Of a stretch of DNA of 64,000 nucleotides, positions 59,132-64,000 are shown one piece after another. The stretch is from the human T2T-CHM13v2.0 reference genome, Homo sapiens: assembly GCF_009914755.1 (NCBI RefSeq), contig NC_060941.1, one strand, 5' to 3'. The notes beneath the pieces were generated by a model, which had not been told where the DNA came from, did not search any database, and saw nothing but the letters and a program-made list of their open reading frames with translations. Position 1 is the stretch's first letter. Each line of letters starts with the position of its first letter. The translations under genes were made by a program, and so were the position numbers.

Positions 59132-59863
59132 TTAGTGAAGATGTTTGTGTACTGGTTATTTTTGAGTCTCTTTGAAATAGTAAAGATAAATTATTAATTT
59201 TACATCAGAGAGTTAATGTATTTAGTTAAACCAATAGTACACTTTTGCTAGGGTGTGGTTATTCTGTTTTTATTTTTTTTCTTTTTTCTTTTTCTTTTCT
59301 TTTTTTTTTTTTGGCATTAAAGATCAGAAACACCAATTGTTGCCTTAAAGGGAAGATGAATCCAATTTTAACAGATGCTCAGTTCAGGAAATATCAAAAG
59401 CTACCCTTTACAAAGGAGTATTAAACATAGAGACAAAAAAATATGCAGGGCATTGCCAATGTATCAGATGACAATGGGACTAAATCACACCCATTTTTGG
59501 TTTAACAGCTGTTAAATGAGTCAAGAGACCTGGATCTAGATCCAGCTGCACCGATCCAGTGAGTGTCTGGGTAAATGCCTTCACTGCTCTGGGCCTCTGT
59601 TGATTTGTCTGTAAAATGGGAGATTTTGACTATCCTGTGTCTACAGTCTCTTAAATTGTTAATATCCTATAATTCCATGTGCAGTATTCTGACGATGTCT
59701 TAGTGGATATGTGGATTTCCCCCTTCCTTTTCTCCAGCAGTGCTCCTCTGCAGCAACCTCAGAACAGTGGCCCACACTCCTAGAATTTGAGAAAATGGCA
59801 TCTTCTTCAGAGGACAGAGGTTCGTAGTCTCAGTGGTTTATTCACCTGCTACAGCTCAGCATG

Positions 59864-60545
<682 letters not shown>

Positions 60546-61044
60546 GCATGATACTCTGGATCCTAGTATTTGCAATTTGAATTTTGGATGAGTTACTTCC
60601 CCTTTTAGAGCCATAGTATCTGTCTGTAATGAGAATTTTTTTCCCTTAATCTCCTTTTCTAGCTTAGAGTAGCCTAAAAGAGAGTTACTCTTTTAGGCCT
60701 TTCAGCTTTTTTCCTTTTTAAAAGTGAGATAGCATACTTTTTGGTCATCTCACACTCCCAGTGAGGCTTTCTGGGCCTCCCTTTCTCTGTTTCCTCCCTT
60801 CCCTTCCTACTGGCAGAAGTGTGGATTGTGGAGAGCCTCATGACCCATGACTCATGCCTAGGTTGCCTGGCTACAGGGTGACAATTCTGCCCAGTGTCTG
60901 GCTGCCGTGAACATGTCTGATGTCTGGAGATTTCTCTGGATCTTCCATGGACGATGTTCTGAGAACCCCTTGTTAGGATGAAACCCTGAGGTGCTGTCTT
61001 GCCTTATGATATTAAAAAAAGACACGATGCAGCTAGTGCGGAGT

Positions 61045-61050
61045 TTTATT
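61045..61050 (-). terminator. KRT23 polyadenylation signal AATAAA
   Basis: ~270 nt after the stop; followed by GU/U-rich GTGTCTTTTTTT. Confidence 0.8.
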
Positions 61051-61320
61051 GGCTACAAAATAGATGCAAAATGATGAGAATCTGAAGGCTGCAGTAGGAA
61101 AGTAGAGCTTTACCCTCATAAACTCGCACTTTGATTAGAAAAGTGCAATATATTAAGAGCATTATGAGAAGTCTGGTGAGACTGTTACAGAAAAAAAAAA
61201 TAAAAGTTTCTGAGTCTGATAATTCCAAGGGTATCTTTTAGAACTCACTCACTGGTGTCTGTGCAAGGACTTTCCTTGGGGGAAAATAGATTTTACAACA
61301 GGCGGAAACTTTCATTGGTC

Positions 61321-61415
61321 TCATGCGTGCTTTTGGATTTCATTCACTTGACAAAGAACTAATCTTCCGTTGATGGTCTCCTGGGTTATGGCCTTGATCT
61401 TTGGAGTTGCAGACA
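61321..61415 (-). CDS. KRT23: KRT23 last exon coding part (to TGA)
   Basis: ctcag|TGTCTG; VSATPKIKAITQETINGRLVLCQVNEIQKHA*. Confidence 0.95.
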
Positions 61416-63904
61416 CTGAGAAAAAGAGCATGGAAGATGTCACTGCCATGCTTCTTCCACCATCTGAACTGTACTCATTTTCATTTCTCTGCTGTCAGCC
61501 CCTGAAGGCTCTCAGTGCCTTCCAAATGATCACTAAGCAATGAGGTGGGCTCTGCTGCTGGGAAAAGGGATTTCCCAAAGGAGGGATTTTCTCCCACTCT
61601 CCAGGAAATGAGGATCTCTGAACAGTGTCACCTTCTGGAGGTGAAGACCTTCATCATAGGTGTGCCTCATATGGAACCTAGTCTCTGACCACAAGCACTT
61701 GAGGAGTTCTTTCTCTGCCTGTGGGCTTTGTAGCACTGCACAGATTCCTTGAGCTTACAGAGCACTTAGTGCTATTCAGGGTACCTCATTTTAAAGTCTA
61801 GAAAGCATGCCACATGAGGAATGTGTGAGAAGCCAAGGATGCTTACCATGGCTGTTTTCAAATATATAACTTATTTGAATAAGTGCCTGTTGAAACATCA
61901 ATAAAGCAATTCTAGACCATAGGGAAGAATTGAAATCATTAATAAATTTACAAGGGAGAATTTTGTTAAACTAAAACCTCTCCATTGGGACCATCCCATC
62001 AAGTATGGGTTCCCCATCCTAAGACATGTGTGAAGAGAGTCTCAAAGACCCTTGTCTTATTTTGTAGATGGGTAGCAGTGAGACCAGCTGTCCTGTGATG
62101 ATTACTCCAACTGATTCTTTGAATCTCCAATGCCTTAGAATAGGTTTATCACAAACTAATCAGAAAGTGCCACTTGTCCCAGACTACAGTCTCCTGGAAC
62201 TTTTCTGTGAGATATTAAAGGTAATCTGAGAAAGCATGTTTCCAGGTCAAAGATGTTTGGGAATACTGGGCTAAACAAAGTTAAACTTTTGTTGTTTCTA
62301 CCTCTTTCTTGTTCCTTTTCTCCTTCAAAGCAGTACCTGTTCCATCTTTAATACACTGAACTGCAACAGGACTGTCCAAGAAGAGGATCATGGCACACAG
62401 TATTTCTAACCTTATCTGGCCATAGAACACAGTGTTCGTAATACACTATTCAAATCTCATGGAACACGAGTGTTCAACAGAATCATCTGAGAAATGAAAT
62501 CATGAAATCATTGCCTCTTAGTTTTCTAGGGGTTTAGTAAACTGACTCCATTACTTAATAGAGACATAATACTATTAATTATCATTTTAATTTTCTTTAC
62601 TGCTTGCTTTTACCTATATTGAGGACAATAATGAGAGCTTACATCATTTTGTATTAGCTAATTTGTTCATTGAAGATTCCTGACCCAGGACATTTTGAAC
62701 CCAGGACATTTGGGAGTACATTAAGGATTATGACTACTACAAAATGGATAACCATGCTAATTCCTTAAAAACAGAGATTCAAACAATGAAGGAAATTTTT
62801 TACCTTTCATGCTCGACTTTGATTCTTCCCGTGTCCTATAAAAGTGATAAAGGTTAAAGCTCACTTTAGTATTAGCAACAATCATAACAACTTCTCAGGA
62901 TGAACTAACTTCCTTCGCTTGCTTGTAAATCCTCTGCTCTTTAATGAGGATAATTGTCTGAGCTTAGTAGTCTCAAGGTCATGGGTTCACGGGAGAACCC
63001 GTCTGGATACAGAAGGCATTGGGTACCGCCTCCTGCTAACCCTGGAGTCAGGGGAAGTCCACCAACCATCCCCTCCTTTCAGCTGCAAGCTTGGTTTTCT
63101 CTAGGATCCCTGCCAGGGTCTGGGTCTCAAGCCTGAGACCCCTGAGCTTCTCAGGCTGTTCAAAGTTTGGTCTAGTGATGTTTTATTTATGTATTTTTAT
63201 AAAACTTCTATCCCTTCCTTTCGGATCATAGAATATATATGCCCTTTATATGGCCAGCTGTTGTTATTTCCTGGGGTGGCCAGAAATATCAGATTGAAAG
63301 TCTAGACATCTCTAGCTCATATGCATCTTTTTTTTTTTCTCTTTTGCTGGTGGACTAACACATTCCCCCTGCCTTCTTTTTTTTGGAGCCAAAATTGTGT
63401 GCATTCCTACTGGGAAACACAGTGGCCAAATCCTTTTGAATTGTTTCCTTCTAGAGACTTTAACTCTTCTGACTGCAAATCTTAGTGTCCTGTGAGTATT
63501 AGTTGATTAATTATACTTGCTGCTTAGTGAAATACAGCCAGCTATAGGTATCTTCTGGAGTAGCTCAACACAACTTTTCTCTTGCTAGAGTGACTCTTGC
63601 TAACAGAACCCAAAGATGCACACGTATACCCACAGGAGCTGGAGGTCCCTCGCATGCTCCTCTCGTGCCAGCCTTTGCCTTACCCTTCACTCTCTCCCTC
63701 CAGGAGCCGTCGGTACGTGGTGATTTCCTTCTCCAGGTGGGTTTTGATGCCCAGCAGCACTTGGTATTCATTGTTCTGCCGCTCCAGTTCGTGGCGTAGC
63801 TGCGTCAGTTCCTCCTCATAGTGGGAGATGATCTCTTGCATGTCCTGGAGCTTGCAGGAGTACCGAGACTGGGTCTCGGATAACATGTTTTCCAAAGCAG
63901 ATTT
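61321..63904 (-). CDS. KRT23: Keratin 23, last three coding exons join(63684..63904,62804..62835,61321..61415); 5' part beyond window
   Basis: KSALENMLSETQSRY...[55 protein letters not shown] matches recalled K23 C-terminus. Confidence 0.96.
62804..62835 (-). CDS. KRT23: KRT23 penultimate exon (32 nt)
   Basis: tatag|GACACG...AAAG|gtaaaa; TREESKSSMK. Confidence 0.93.
63684..63904 (-). CDS. KRT23: KRT23 coil 2B exon (221 nt)
   Basis: ttcag|AAATCT...AAGG|gtaagg. Confidence 0.96.
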
Positions 63905-64000
63905 CTGAAAGAGGAAATGATCTTCTGTTAATTAACTGATGGCTTGATTGAGTCAATAACAGGTGATTGTTGAGTACTTAGCAGATGTCGACCAGTTGGC

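Overview
Human-type genomic DNA from the type I (acidic) keratin cluster (17q21.2 in human). Three genes lie on the minus strand. KRT12 has exons 1-8, with the last ~25 nt of CDS running off the left edge, and carries the Ser15 allele. KRT20 is complete (8 exons, 424 aa). KRT23 is present only as its last three coding exons plus 3' UTR. All exon boundaries were placed by hand at GT-AG junctions and have the diagnostic type I keratin exon sizes (83/157/162/126/221 nt). The rest is intron and a ~37 kb intergenic gap rich in Alu, L1, L2, MIR, MaLR/ERV LTRs and hAT MITEs; repeat subfamily names are from recall and approximate. The most notable non-obvious structure is an inverted, head-to-head degenerate copy of the KRT20 5' UTR and head domain ~0.8 kb upstream of KRT20. 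This copy has lost ATG and TATA but gained a splice-acceptor-like site and an AATAAA. Also notable are a ~145 bp inverted repeat at 33.8-34.5 kb, a chain of local templated duplications at 35.5-40.3 kb, an A11 tract directly before the KRT20 exon 7 acceptor, and an Alu (TAAA)n tail next to the KRT20 exon 2 acceptor. Identities are hand-counted approximations.
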